Shown here piece by piece: positions 7,872 through 14,315 of a stretch of 22,445 bases of DNA. A program made the position numbers and the translations under genes. The notes under the pieces are model-generated. The model saw nothing but the letters and a program-made list of their open reading frames with translations. It searched no databases and had not been told where the DNA came from. The first letter of the stretch is position 1, and each line of letters begins with the position of its first letter. This DNA is from an uncultured virus (IMG/VR IMGVR_UViG_3300042515_002586) (Duplodnaviria; Heunggongvirae; Uroviricota; Caudoviricetes), in the IMG/VR virus record IMGVR_UViG_3300042515_002586, one strand, 5' to 3'.

Positions 7872-8273
7872 CTATTTTTCGTATTCTCTAATAAATGCTT
7901 CAATAGTTGTATCAATATCAAAGTCATTCATTCTCCATTGACAATTACCAGCACCACCATGTGATGGCCAAATAAGGCCACAGTATTTTGTACCAGGTAA
8001 ATAAACTAAGTAATAATCCAAATCATTTCTTTCAACAGCAACTTCTAAATCTATGCTTACCCACTTTTCAAAAAAAGAGTCATCCCTCCAAAGTGCAATA
8101 GGGTGAGTTTTAATTGCTCTTTTAATATAGTCAAATACTCTTTCGCCACTAGGTAAAACTAATCCAGATTTAAGATTAGATTTTTCTGGTTCTTTAGTTT
8201 CTATATTGTTTAAAATAATTGCAGCTTGTTGTGCTGCGACAGAAAGATTTTGTAGTGCTTGAGTTGGAGTCAT
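7872..8273 (-). CDS. hypothetical protein
   Basis: 133-aa ORF with AAGGA RBS and ATGA overlap. Confidence 0.75.
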   Translation of the reverse strand: MTPTQALQNLSVAAQQAAIILNNIETKEPEKSNLKSGLVLPSGERVFDYIKRAIKTHPIALWRDDSFFEKWVSIDLEVAVERNDLDYYLVYLPGTKYCGLIWPSHGGAGNCQWRMNDFDIDTTIEAFIREYEK

Positions 8274-8491
8274 TTTTCTTCCTTATCTAGATATATTTTA
8301 ATTGGGAATTTTGGCTCGTAATTTGGATTCATAGCTGACATAACATAAATAGTTGCTACTACCATACAATGAGACAATGCAAATAATGGTTTAAGTAATG
8401 AGTGTCTTGCATACATTATAATATGTTCTTCTTCTAAACCTTCTACCCAAACTGGGCAAAAACCATATAACCCTTTATTTCTTTTTTTCAT
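8270..8491 (-). CDS. hypothetical protein, one hydrophobic segment
   Basis: 73-aa ORF, GLYGFCPVW motif. Confidence 0.65.
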   Translation of the reverse strand: MKKRNKGLYGFCPVWVEGLEEEHIIMYARHSLLKPLFALSHCMVVATIYVMSAMNPNYEPKFPIKIYLDKEEK

Positions 8492-8504
8492 TTTAATTTT
8501 TTTT

Positions 8505-8696
8505 TTATTTTTGTGGGTGATTTTTAACTATTTCTCTTAAAATATAATAAGAAAGTATACAATGACCACATCTGTAAATTGAAATCATACTACCATACAT
8601 ACCTAAGCCTATGTAATGATCTTCTGCTGTTAAACCTGTTACATAATAAAATGTTCTATAAAGCTTAGATTCAAAAATATAGTTTCTATTATTCAT
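8505..8696 (-). CDS. probable divergent member of the small paralog family
   Basis: 63 aa, Tyr-rich; SYYILREIV resembles SYYKLRQEIV of 13478..13636. Confidence 0.6.
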   Translation of the reverse strand: MNNRNYIFESKLYRTFYYVTGLTAEDHYIGLGMYGSMISIYRCGHCILSYYILREIVKNHPQK

Positions 8697-9018
8697 TAAA
8701 ATTTATTTTAATATAACCCTCAAATTTCTTGTCTTTTAATTCTCTTAAAACACTATAACCTTCAAATAAAAAATTAATTTCTTTTGTTTTACCTATAGAA
8801 CTAGATTTAATTACTTCTTGTATTCTATCAATTTCTTCTTTTGCATCGTTAAAATTAGTCTCATCTCTAAATTCTTCTGTACCATGCTTATGTAAAGCAG
8901 CACCATGAATTAAGTTTAATAAATTATCTAAATCTCCACCAGAGACTAGATAAGTACTCTCAACATGGTCAATTATTTGTTCCCATTCTTCTTTAGTTGC
9001 TTTTCTATATTTTCTCAT
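8689..9018 (-). CDS. hypothetical helical protein
   Basis: 109-aa charged ORF, not of the array family. Confidence 0.7.
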   Translation of the reverse strand: MRKYRKATKEEWEQIIDHVESTYLVSGGDLDNLLNLIHGAALHKHGTEEFRDETNFNDAKEEIDRIQEVIKSSSIGKTKEINFLFEGYSVLRELKDKKFEGYIKINFNE

Positions 9019-9223
9019 AATAATTTGTTAGGTAATTATAAACTATTAAAGGCTTGTTTGTATAAAGAGTATAATCAGTATAGACTACAGTAGATCTTAT
9101 TGTAAGTGCTTTTAAGTATTTATCAAAAACAATATGAAATGTTTTATGTTGTTCAAAATCAAAATCATAAGAATATTGATAATCAGTACAATATTGAGAA
9201 GTATAAAAAATATTAAAAACCAT
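9005..9223 (-). CDS. small aromatic-rich paralog family protein (array 2)
   Basis: MVFNIF...YNYLTNY. Confidence 0.7.
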   Translation of the reverse strand: MVFNIFYTSQYCTDYQYSYDFDFEQHKTFHIVFDKYLKALTIRSTVVYTDYTLYTNKPLIVYNYLTNYYEKI

Positions 9224-9503
9224 TATTAGTTACTTCATTATTTAAACAATTAAATTCTATATTAGGAAAAAGTATTCGTGAATTTTTTAAAACACAAAAA
9301 GAATCATGATTAAGGTCTGTATTCAAACAAGAGGTAAGATAATCAAATTCTATAGATTCTTTACGAAGAGAAATATGAATATTAGAATAAGAAAAAGCAG
9401 GATAAATATTTATTTTTCCAGGTTTTGATTTAAAAAAAATGAAGTTCAATTTCTTAAAATTTTTTTGGATTAATCTAAAACTTTGGGACATAAAACTTAT
9501 CAC
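9213..9503 (-). CDS. small aromatic-rich paralog family protein (array 2)
   Basis: Motif variants FDYLTS and FNCLNNEV; start uncertain. Confidence 0.6.
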   Translation of the reverse strand: MISFMSQSFRLIQKNFKKLNFIFFKSKPGKINIYPAFSYSNIHISLRKESIEFDYLTSCLNTDLNHDSFCVLKNSRILFPNIEFNCLNNEVTNNGF

Positions 9504-9690
9504 TCAATATATCAGTTAATTTATTATAATTATAGTATTTTTTACCTAATTTGTATGTAGATTCTATATTATAAAATATCTCTATTAAACTACCTAAATT
9601 AGTTATTCTAATTGAATTGTTATTAGAATTTTTAAACGAATAAGTAGAAAGTCCAATTACGCCAGCATCATCTATAAAATCAAATATCAT
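9475..9690 (-). CDS. small aromatic-rich paralog family protein (array 2)
   Basis: MIFDFI...YNKLTDIL. Confidence 0.75.
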   Translation of the reverse strand: MIFDFIDDAGVIGLSTYSFKNSNNNSIRITNLGSLIEIFYNIESTYKLGKKYYNYNKLTDILSDKFYVPKF

Positions 9691-9694
9691 ATAC

Positions 9695-9964
9695 TTATTT
9701 TATAATCTCGTAATAGCTTTTCAAAGTATAAGCTTTAGTTTTAGTTTGAACAATATGTATTTTATCTTTAGTAATTTCATCTGTTAAGGTATCATAATAA
9801 GTAATATGACTTAAGTTAGCTAAATCATAAGCTATGATTATTTTATTTGAAGAATTAGTCCGTTTAGTATTAAAACGACCATCAAAATTAATTTCAAAGG
9901 GCATATAAAAACCATTATACTCATAATTAAATCCCCTAGAATATCTACAACGCCTAAAAATCAT
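9695..9964 (-). CDS. small aromatic-rich paralog family protein (array 2)
   Basis: Start moved from 10021 to 9964 (MIFRRC...) by family consensus; YDTLTDEI. Confidence 0.65.
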   Translation of the reverse strand: MIFRRCRYSRGFNYEYNGFYMPFEINFDGRFNTKRTNSSNKIIIAYDLANLSHITYYDTLTDEITKDKIHIVQTKTKAYTLKSYYEIIK

Positions 9965-10262
9965 ATATACCTCTATGAACATCAGAATTATATTGATAAA
10001 GATAATAAAAACTAGAAACATCTAATAAGTTATTAGTCAAACAACTATAAATAAATGTTGATTGAAAAGTAGTTTTTTTAGAGTTTTCTAAGTAAGCTAA
10101 ACTAATTTTATTATCTATAAAATGAATACAAATAGGATTAATTTTTGAATCATAAGTAGGCTTAGTATAATTAAAACAATTATCAATAAAATCATAAAAA
10201 GGTAGCTTTTTACGTTTTGTAATTTTAAGTATACGAAGTATATTCATGTAAAATAATTTCAT
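9954..10262 (-). CDS. small aromatic-rich paralog family protein (array 2)
   Basis: Likely start MKLFY at 10262 (uncertain); YSCLTNNL. Confidence 0.6.
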   Translation of the reverse strand: MKLFYMNILRILKITKRKKLPFYDFIDNCFNYTKPTYDSKINPICIHFIDNKISLAYLENSKKTTFQSTFIYSCLTNNLLDVSSFYYLYQYNSDVHRGIYDF

Positions 10263-10461
10263 TAGTTGATAGACAATATTCAATACGTAGTTTACCAACA
10301 TGTAAAACATGCCAAAGAAAAACTAGTGATGTGTTTAATTTTGCTGTTGTAGTAGTTTTCCAAATAGTAAATTCTATATCTGTTCTTTTATATGTATAAT
10401 GACAAAAATCTGAATATACCCACGCCTCAAAATTATTTATATAAACTAGATTACTTTCCAT
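10225..10461 (-). CDS. small aromatic-rich paralog family protein (array 2)
   Basis: YCLSTNEII. Confidence 0.7.
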   Translation of the reverse strand: MESNLVYINNFEAWVYSDFCHYTYKRTDIEFTIWKTTTTAKLNTSLVFLWHVLHVGKLRIEYCLSTNEIILHEYTSYT

Positions 10462-10711
10462 ATTTGTTTTTATGAAGAACTAATTCTTCATTTAGTATAT
10501 TATAAGAATTAATAATATGAGCAGAATATAAATATTCAAATGGAAAGTGAGTTATAGGAAAAACATATTCAGAATGGAAATAATAAATATTAATTGATTT
10601 ATTATTTCCAAAAGAAATTAAAAATCCTTTATACTTAAAATCTTTTGATACCCCATTTCGAAAAGTAATAGGATAACTATGTTGATCTATAACATACTTT
10701 TTAAATTGCAT
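10451..10711 (-). CDS. small aromatic-rich paralog family protein (array 2)
   Basis: MQFKKY...YNILNEEL. Confidence 0.7.
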   Translation of the reverse strand: MQFKKYVIDQHSYPITFRNGVSKDFKYKGFLISFGNNKSINIYYFHSEYVFPITHFPFEYLYSAHIINSYNILNEELVLHKNKYGK

Positions 10712-10980
10712 GGTAGTTTCTTATTATGGTTCATAAGAACATGAAATTTCTCAGTATCCATAATATAACGAGCAGAATAGTTTGAGTATTCAGTTTTAAT
10801 AAAGTGAACACTTAATTCATTAGCTAGAATCTCATATGATTTTAAGTTATTAGAATAATATAATTCAATCTCTCCGTGTGTTGTTATAGAAATTAAAACA
10901 TTAGAATATAAAAAATCTAAAAAGAATACAACACCTTTGTAAATAACAAGTGCACTGCGATTGTATGTTGAAAATTTCAT
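10687..10980 (-). CDS. small aromatic-rich paralog family protein (array 2)
   Basis: MKFSTY...YEILANEL; shares DFxYxxxLIS...IxxYY with 10451..10711. Confidence 0.7.
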   Translation of the reverse strand: MKFSTYNRSALVIYKGVVFFLDFLYSNVLISITTHGEIELYYSNNLKSYEILANELSVHFIKTEYSNYSARYIMDTEKFHVLMNHNKKLPCNLKSML

Positions 10981-11168
10981 ATTATTTGATTTGTTGGAAG
11001 ATATAAACTAAAAAGTTTCTTATCATCGTGAAGAAACATTATCTCATTATAAGAAAACCAAATAGTAAAATAGTACATAGTTAGATTTCTATAAGAAAAA
11101 TCACGGCAGTCAATATAAAGTATAAAATTCATTTTAATACTACTTCCAAATCCAATAAGGTGCTTCAT
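10977..11168 (-). CDS. small aromatic-rich paralog family protein (array 2)
   Basis: Ends LYLPTNQII with ATGA overlap; start may be MNFILY at 11132. Confidence 0.6.
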   Translation of the reverse strand: MKHLIGFGSSIKMNFILYIDCRDFSYRNLTMYYFTIWFSYNEIMFLHDDKKLFSLYLPTNQII

Positions 11169-11322
11169 ACCTTAATTCTTCTGTCAAAATATTATAATAA
11201 CAAAATAAGTACCCATTAGCAAAAATCTTAATACTTGGCCCATTAAAACCAAAACCTAATTTATTAAGACTATTTAAATGTCTATAGCTGTGTTCACGGA
11301 AGACATATCTTTCGTATTTCAT
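11140..11322 (-). CDS. small aromatic-rich paralog family protein (array 2)
   Basis: MKYERY...YNILTEEL. Confidence 0.75.
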   Translation of the reverse strand: MKYERYVFREHSYRHLNSLNKLGFGFNGPSIKIFANGYLFCYYNILTEELRYEAPYWIWK

Positions 11323-11600
11323 ATAAATAATGGTTCTGGTCTTTTTTGATGTTTATTAATTGTAAAAATGTTAGTTAATGCACAATAATCAATTTTATAA
11401 GTTTGATAACAATTCTGAATTAAACAAAAAACCTCAGTTTTCCTAATAGTAATTTTTTCTGTTGTTTTAGTACGACAATAACTAACAATAAATATATTCC
11501 TATCAGTGTTAGTTAATGTATTAGTTAAGCAATATTGATAATTAAAACCAAGTACTTCTCCAAAACGACTAAGATTATGATCAATTTTATTAAAAATCAT
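11319..11600 (-). CDS. small aromatic-rich paralog family protein (array 2)
   Basis: MIFNKI...YCALTNIF. Confidence 0.7.
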   Translation of the reverse strand: MIFNKIDHNLSRFGEVLGFNYQYCLTNTLTNTDRNIFIVSYCRTKTTEKITIRKTEVFCLIQNCYQTYKIDYCALTNIFTINKHQKRPEPLFI

Positions 11601-11626
11601 ATAGTTATAAATTCCGACTTATTTTA

Positions 11627-11986
11627 TTATTGTAACTTAGCTTTAGGACTATAAACTAACATTTTAGATTTAGAAGAAGAAAGTTCAATACGAAAATTAT
11701 CTATGTGGAAATCAAATGTAATTGTTGTATAGTTGCAAATATAACCATAAGAAAAAGTAAAGTGTTTCCAACTTACTGGAGGAACAATACAGTATTCAAA
11801 TTCATTAAAGTTGTATGTTAATTTAGAATCCATATAATAACAAAAACGATGGGGAGCTTCATTATTTTCTTTAAAAGTAAAAATCACATTTCCTCTACTA
11901 ATTTTAATTAAAAAATTTTGTGTTTTATTTAAAAAAGCATAACTTAAAGAGTTATCATCGTTAACTCCAAATAATTGAAATTCCAT
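11627..11986 (-). CDS. paralog family protein, probable two-unit fusion (119 aa)
   Basis: Start moved to MEFQLF at 11986 (TAATG overlap with upstream stop); internal YYMDSKLTYN then a second unit-like half. Confidence 0.65.
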   Translation of the reverse strand: MEFQLFGVNDDNSLSYAFLNKTQNFLIKISRGNVIFTFKENNEAPHRFCYYMDSKLTYNFNEFEYCIVPPVSWKHFTFSYGYICNYTTITFDFHIDNFRIELSSSKSKMLVYSPKAKLQ

Positions 11987-12198
11987 TATATTTTGATTTT
12001 GAGATTTTCCCAAGATTGAGTAAGTAAATTATACTCAAAGAATAGATTTAAATTGTACACTGAAGGATCAGTGTGAAGTACATACTCAGCAACATAAATT
12101 GTATACTTATCTATACCATAACGTAATGAAAATTCCCCTCTAGTATTAAAATAATAAAAAGCAGGAATTATTTCGTTATTATAAACTTTAAATTTCAT
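11986..12198 (-). CDS. small aromatic-rich paralog family protein (array 2)
   Basis: MKFKVY...YNLLTQSW. Confidence 0.75.
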   Translation of the reverse strand: MKFKVYNNEIIPAFYYFNTRGEFSLRYGIDKYTIYVAEYVLHTDPSVYNLNLFFEYNLLTQSWENLKIKI

Positions 12199-12425
12199 TA
12201 TCTATAGTTTAGTTCCTCTGTAAGGATATTATAAAATGTATATACGTTATGGCCTTTAGCACTCATATTTAAACTTTCAAAATTACTATCAGTAATAGTA
12301 ACCATTACTCTACTAAAACTTATTTTAAATATTGTTGCTTCTGATTTAGATCCGTAATCGTAGGAACGATAACTATAACTAGTAGTCCCATTTGAAGGAT
12401 ATCTTCTAATACATATAAATTTCAT
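12198..12425 (-). CDS. small aromatic-rich paralog family protein (array 2)
   Basis: MKFICI...YNILTEEL. Confidence 0.75.
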   Translation of the reverse strand: MKFICIRRYPSNGTTSYSYRSYDYGSKSEATIFKISFSRVMVTITDSNFESLNMSAKGHNVYTFYNILTEELNYR

Positions 12426-12595
12426 ATTGAATTATGCCACACTTCATTTGTTAAAATATTATAATTAAAAGAACCTGTTCCATCATAAAGCCAAAATGAG
12501 ATAACTTCAGACAACATTAAAATACTTATATTGTATGTAAATTCATTTCTTAAAGTATAATCAAATTCATAATCTTCAAAACTAAAAAATATCAT
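12422..12595 (-). CDS. small aromatic-rich paralog family protein (array 2, 57 aa)
   Basis: Not in ORF track: MIFFSFEDYEFDYTLRNEFTYNISILMLSEVISFWLYDGTGSFNYNILTNEVWHNSI; ATGA overlaps at both ends. Confidence 0.75.
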   Translation of the reverse strand: MIFFSFEDYEFDYTLRNEFTYNISILMLSEVISFWLYDGTGSFNYNILTNEVWHNSI

Positions 12596-12747
12596 ATAAA
12601 TATCTCATCTATTTGTTTATCATAACTACAATAATAATGACCATTATAATAAAAAGATATAAAGTGAGGTGCATTTATTATACTATTAAAATATATTTTG
12701 TGCCTATACCTATATAAGCCCATCTTAATAAACTGTGAAAATATCAT
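12592..12747 (-). CDS. small aromatic-rich paralog family protein (array 2, 51 aa)
   Basis: Not in ORF track: MIFSQFIKMGLYRYRHKIYFNSIINAPHFISFYYNGHYYCSYDKQIDEIFI; ATGA overlaps at both ends. Confidence 0.75.
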   Translation of the reverse strand: MIFSQFIKMGLYRYRHKIYFNSIINAPHFISFYYNGHYYCSYDKQIDEIFI

Positions 12748-12914
12748 TTAGTTATACTCTCAGTTAGTTTATTATAACTTATTCTATTTTTATAGTTATA
12801 AGTAATATGTATGTTCTCAAATCTAACACTTATTTCAATAAAAGTTACAGTATAAATCTGTTCTGAATAAGTCCACCAGTGTTGTATATCAAGAAAGTGA
12901 ACTGAAAATTTCAT
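12744..12914 (-). CDS. small aromatic-rich paralog family protein (array 2, 56 aa)
   Basis: Not in ORF track: MKFSVHFLDIQHWWTYSEQIYTVTFIEISVRFENIHITYNYKNRISYNKLTESITK; ATGA overlaps at both ends. Confidence 0.75.
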   Translation of the reverse strand: MKFSVHFLDIQHWWTYSEQIYTVTFIEISVRFENIHITYNYKNRISYNKLTESITK

Positions 12915-13117
12915 AGTATACCTTCAGTTAATAAAGAATAAGTATATAAAGTGCAAGGGTGATAACGCAAAGCAATTGAATTATCAATAAACAAAACACT
13001 AACTAAAAAAGGTGTAATTATTCTATATTCTGATATGAGTTTTTGAATAAGTGTATACTCATAATAAGAATGAGTAGGACAAATAGATTCTTGAGCATAA
13101 AAAAGATTTAATATCAT
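12911..13117 (-). CDS. small aromatic-rich paralog family protein (array 2)
   Basis: MILNLF...YSLLTEGIL; close paralog of 13278..13481. Confidence 0.75.
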   Translation of the reverse strand: MILNLFYAQESICPTHSYYEYTLIQKLISEYRIITPFLVSVLFIDNSIALRYHPCTLYTYSLLTEGIL

Positions 13118-13281
13118 TTAGTCACTTCATTTGTTAGTTTACAATATTTAGAATATCTGTAACTACCAATATAAAAATTCATTTTATTATCTCTAATAGT
13201 AATAAAAAAACTTAAATTACTATTATTTTGCCTATAAGAGTATTCTTCCACAATAAAATCATAAAATGAATAAAATCTCAT
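13114..13281 (-). CDS. small aromatic-rich paralog family protein (array 2, 55 aa)
   Basis: Not in ORF track: MRFYSFYDFIVEEYSYRQNNSNLSFFITIRDNKMNFYIGSYRYSKYCKLTNEVTK; ATGA overlaps at both ends. Confidence 0.75.
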   Translation of the reverse strand: MRFYSFYDFIVEEYSYRQNNSNLSFFITIRDNKMNFYIGSYRYSKYCKLTNEVTK

Positions 13282-13481
13282 CTTATATTACCAGTTAATC
13301 GGCAATAAGTACATAAAGTAAAATAACCAAATCGGAAAACAATTAAGCCATCAATAAACAAGAAAATAAGAGAATTACTATTTTTTAAAATAGTGGTATA
13401 AGCATGATATAAAATTCTTGGTCCAAAGCTATACTCGTAAAAAATTAATTCTGAATTAAAATAAAATTGATATGGTTTCAT
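13278..13481 (-). CDS. small aromatic-rich paralog family protein (array 2)
   Basis: MKPYQF...YCRLTGNIR. Confidence 0.75.
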   Translation of the reverse strand: MKPYQFYFNSELIFYEYSFGPRILYHAYTTILKNSNSLIFLFIDGLIVFRFGYFTLCTYCRLTGNIR

Positions 13482-13636
13482 ACTATTTCTTGTCTTAGTT
13501 TATAGTAAGAAAAATAATAAATCCCATCCCACCAAAAATGAATAAATCCATCGTTATATCTAATATTAGTTGTACGGAATGATGTTTTGGTTTTTACATA
13601 AACAAATTCAGACTTATAATATCTACGTAAAATCAT
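13478..13636 (-). CDS. small aromatic-rich paralog family protein (first gene of array 2, 52 aa)
   Basis: Not in ORF track: MILRRYYKSEFVYVKTKTSFRTTNIRYNDGFIHFWWDGIYYFSYYKLRQEIV; ATGA overlap with the next gene. Confidence 0.7.
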   Translation of the reverse strand: MILRRYYKSEFVYVKTKTSFRTTNIRYNDGFIHFWWDGIYYFSYYKLRQEIV

Positions 13637-13638
13637 AT

Positions 13639-13665
13639 AAAATAAAAAGGGGCATTTCTGCCCCT
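13639..13665 (-). terminator. Rho-independent terminator
   Basis: Minus strand AGGGGCA-GAAA-TGCCCCT followed by TTTTATTTT. Confidence 0.85.
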
Positions 13666-13688
13666 ATAAACAATAAGTTTTGTATACC

Positions 13689-13773
13689 AATGTTTTTATT
13701 TTGTTAAAGTACTAAGGAAACCTAGAAACCTACCTTTAAACAAAATGGTAATTATAAAACTACCATAAACATT
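13689..13773. other. structured non-coding segment (candidate sRNA/leader)
   Basis: Nested inverted repeats: 13689-13695/13767-13773, 13699-13709/13734-13745, 13745-13750/13761-13766; tandem GAAACCTA x2 at 13717-13732. Confidence 0.35.
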
Positions 13774-13779
13774 TTTTAA
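13751..13779 (-). promoter_or_regulatory. possible sigma70-type promoter
   Basis: Minus strand TTAAAA-N17-TATAAT; weak evidence in DNA this AT-rich. Confidence 0.25.
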
Positions 13780-14315
13780 CCTAATTTAATTTTAAACTTT
13801 CGAGATTTGTTTGGATTATGTGGATTAACAAGAGCTACTGGAGAATTAAATCTAATAAAACCCTTCAAGTCATAACTCTTAAAGAATGCAGAGGTGTTAG
13901 GATTAGCAATACGAAATCCATTTCTGTTAACATGATAATCCTTATCACCAGCTAACTTTTCAGTAGCTCTGATAAAAGCAATTGATCTTGCAATTCTACC
14001 GTCAAACTGATCGTCTTGGTGAGGTGAAGCTACGCCTTCAGCAATTACTTCATAATCTTCAAAAGTGAGTTTTCTATTCTCATTAAGCACATTCATGTCT
14101 TTTAATCTTCTAATAATACATGTAGTAACTTTTTTTACAATTGAAGCTTTTCTACTTCTTACTACTTCAACATTTTGTGTAGAAAAATCAACTCTGATTC
14201 CTTGTTCTCTTAAGCTATTTGTTTTTTGCTTGTGTCTTTCTTGAGTTGTTTGTTGGTGAAGTTCCCGGAGTTCTTGCCGGAGAATTGCTGCTGATCGTTG
14301 ATCTTGGTTATTCAT
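13776..14315 (-). CDS. phage hypothetical protein
   Basis: EGVASPHQDDQFDGRIARSIAFIRA resembles the recurrent phage motif GxAxxxxxDxFxxxxxxxIAxxRA; coiled N-terminus. Confidence 0.75.
   Translation of the reverse strand: MNNQDQRSAAILRQELRELHQQTTQERHKQKTNSLREQGIRVDFSTQNVEVVRSRKASIVKKVTTCIIRRLKDMNVLNENRKLTFEDYEVIAEGVASPHQDDQFDGRIARSIAFIRATEKLAGDKDYHVNRNGFRIANPNTSAFFKSYDLKGFIRFNSPVALVNPHNPNKSRKFKIKLG

Larger units (their letters stand above)
9005..13636 (-). repeat. tandem paralog array 2 (21 small MKF/MIF...YNxLTxE-family genes)
   Basis: 21 contiguous ORFs, including 5 under 60 aa translated by hand; shared termini, variable cores, almost no intergenic DNA. Confidence 0.85.

Noticed and set aside
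9005..13636. CRISPR array or integron-like cassette array explaining the ~170-300 bp periodicity
   Set aside because: No identical DNA repeat or attC-like palindrome between units, the recurring motif varies at synonymous positions, and no cas or integrase gene is in the window.
4941..13636. Diversity-generating retroelement as the source of variability
   Set aside because: No reverse transcriptase in the window and no template/variable repeat pair differing only at adenines; units differ in length and at all base types.
9005..13636. One long gene broken up by stop-codon reassignment or pseudogenisation
   Set aside because: Successive units change frame through precise ATGA/TAATG overlaps, each starts with its own M-x-F-like motif, and TAA, TGA and TAG all act as stops while long genes elsewhere read normally in the standard code.
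13689..13773. Hammerhead ribozyme or tRNA in the structured intergenic segment
   Set aside because: GAAAC is present but there is no CUGAnGA core, and no T-loop (GTTCRA) or cloverleaf.
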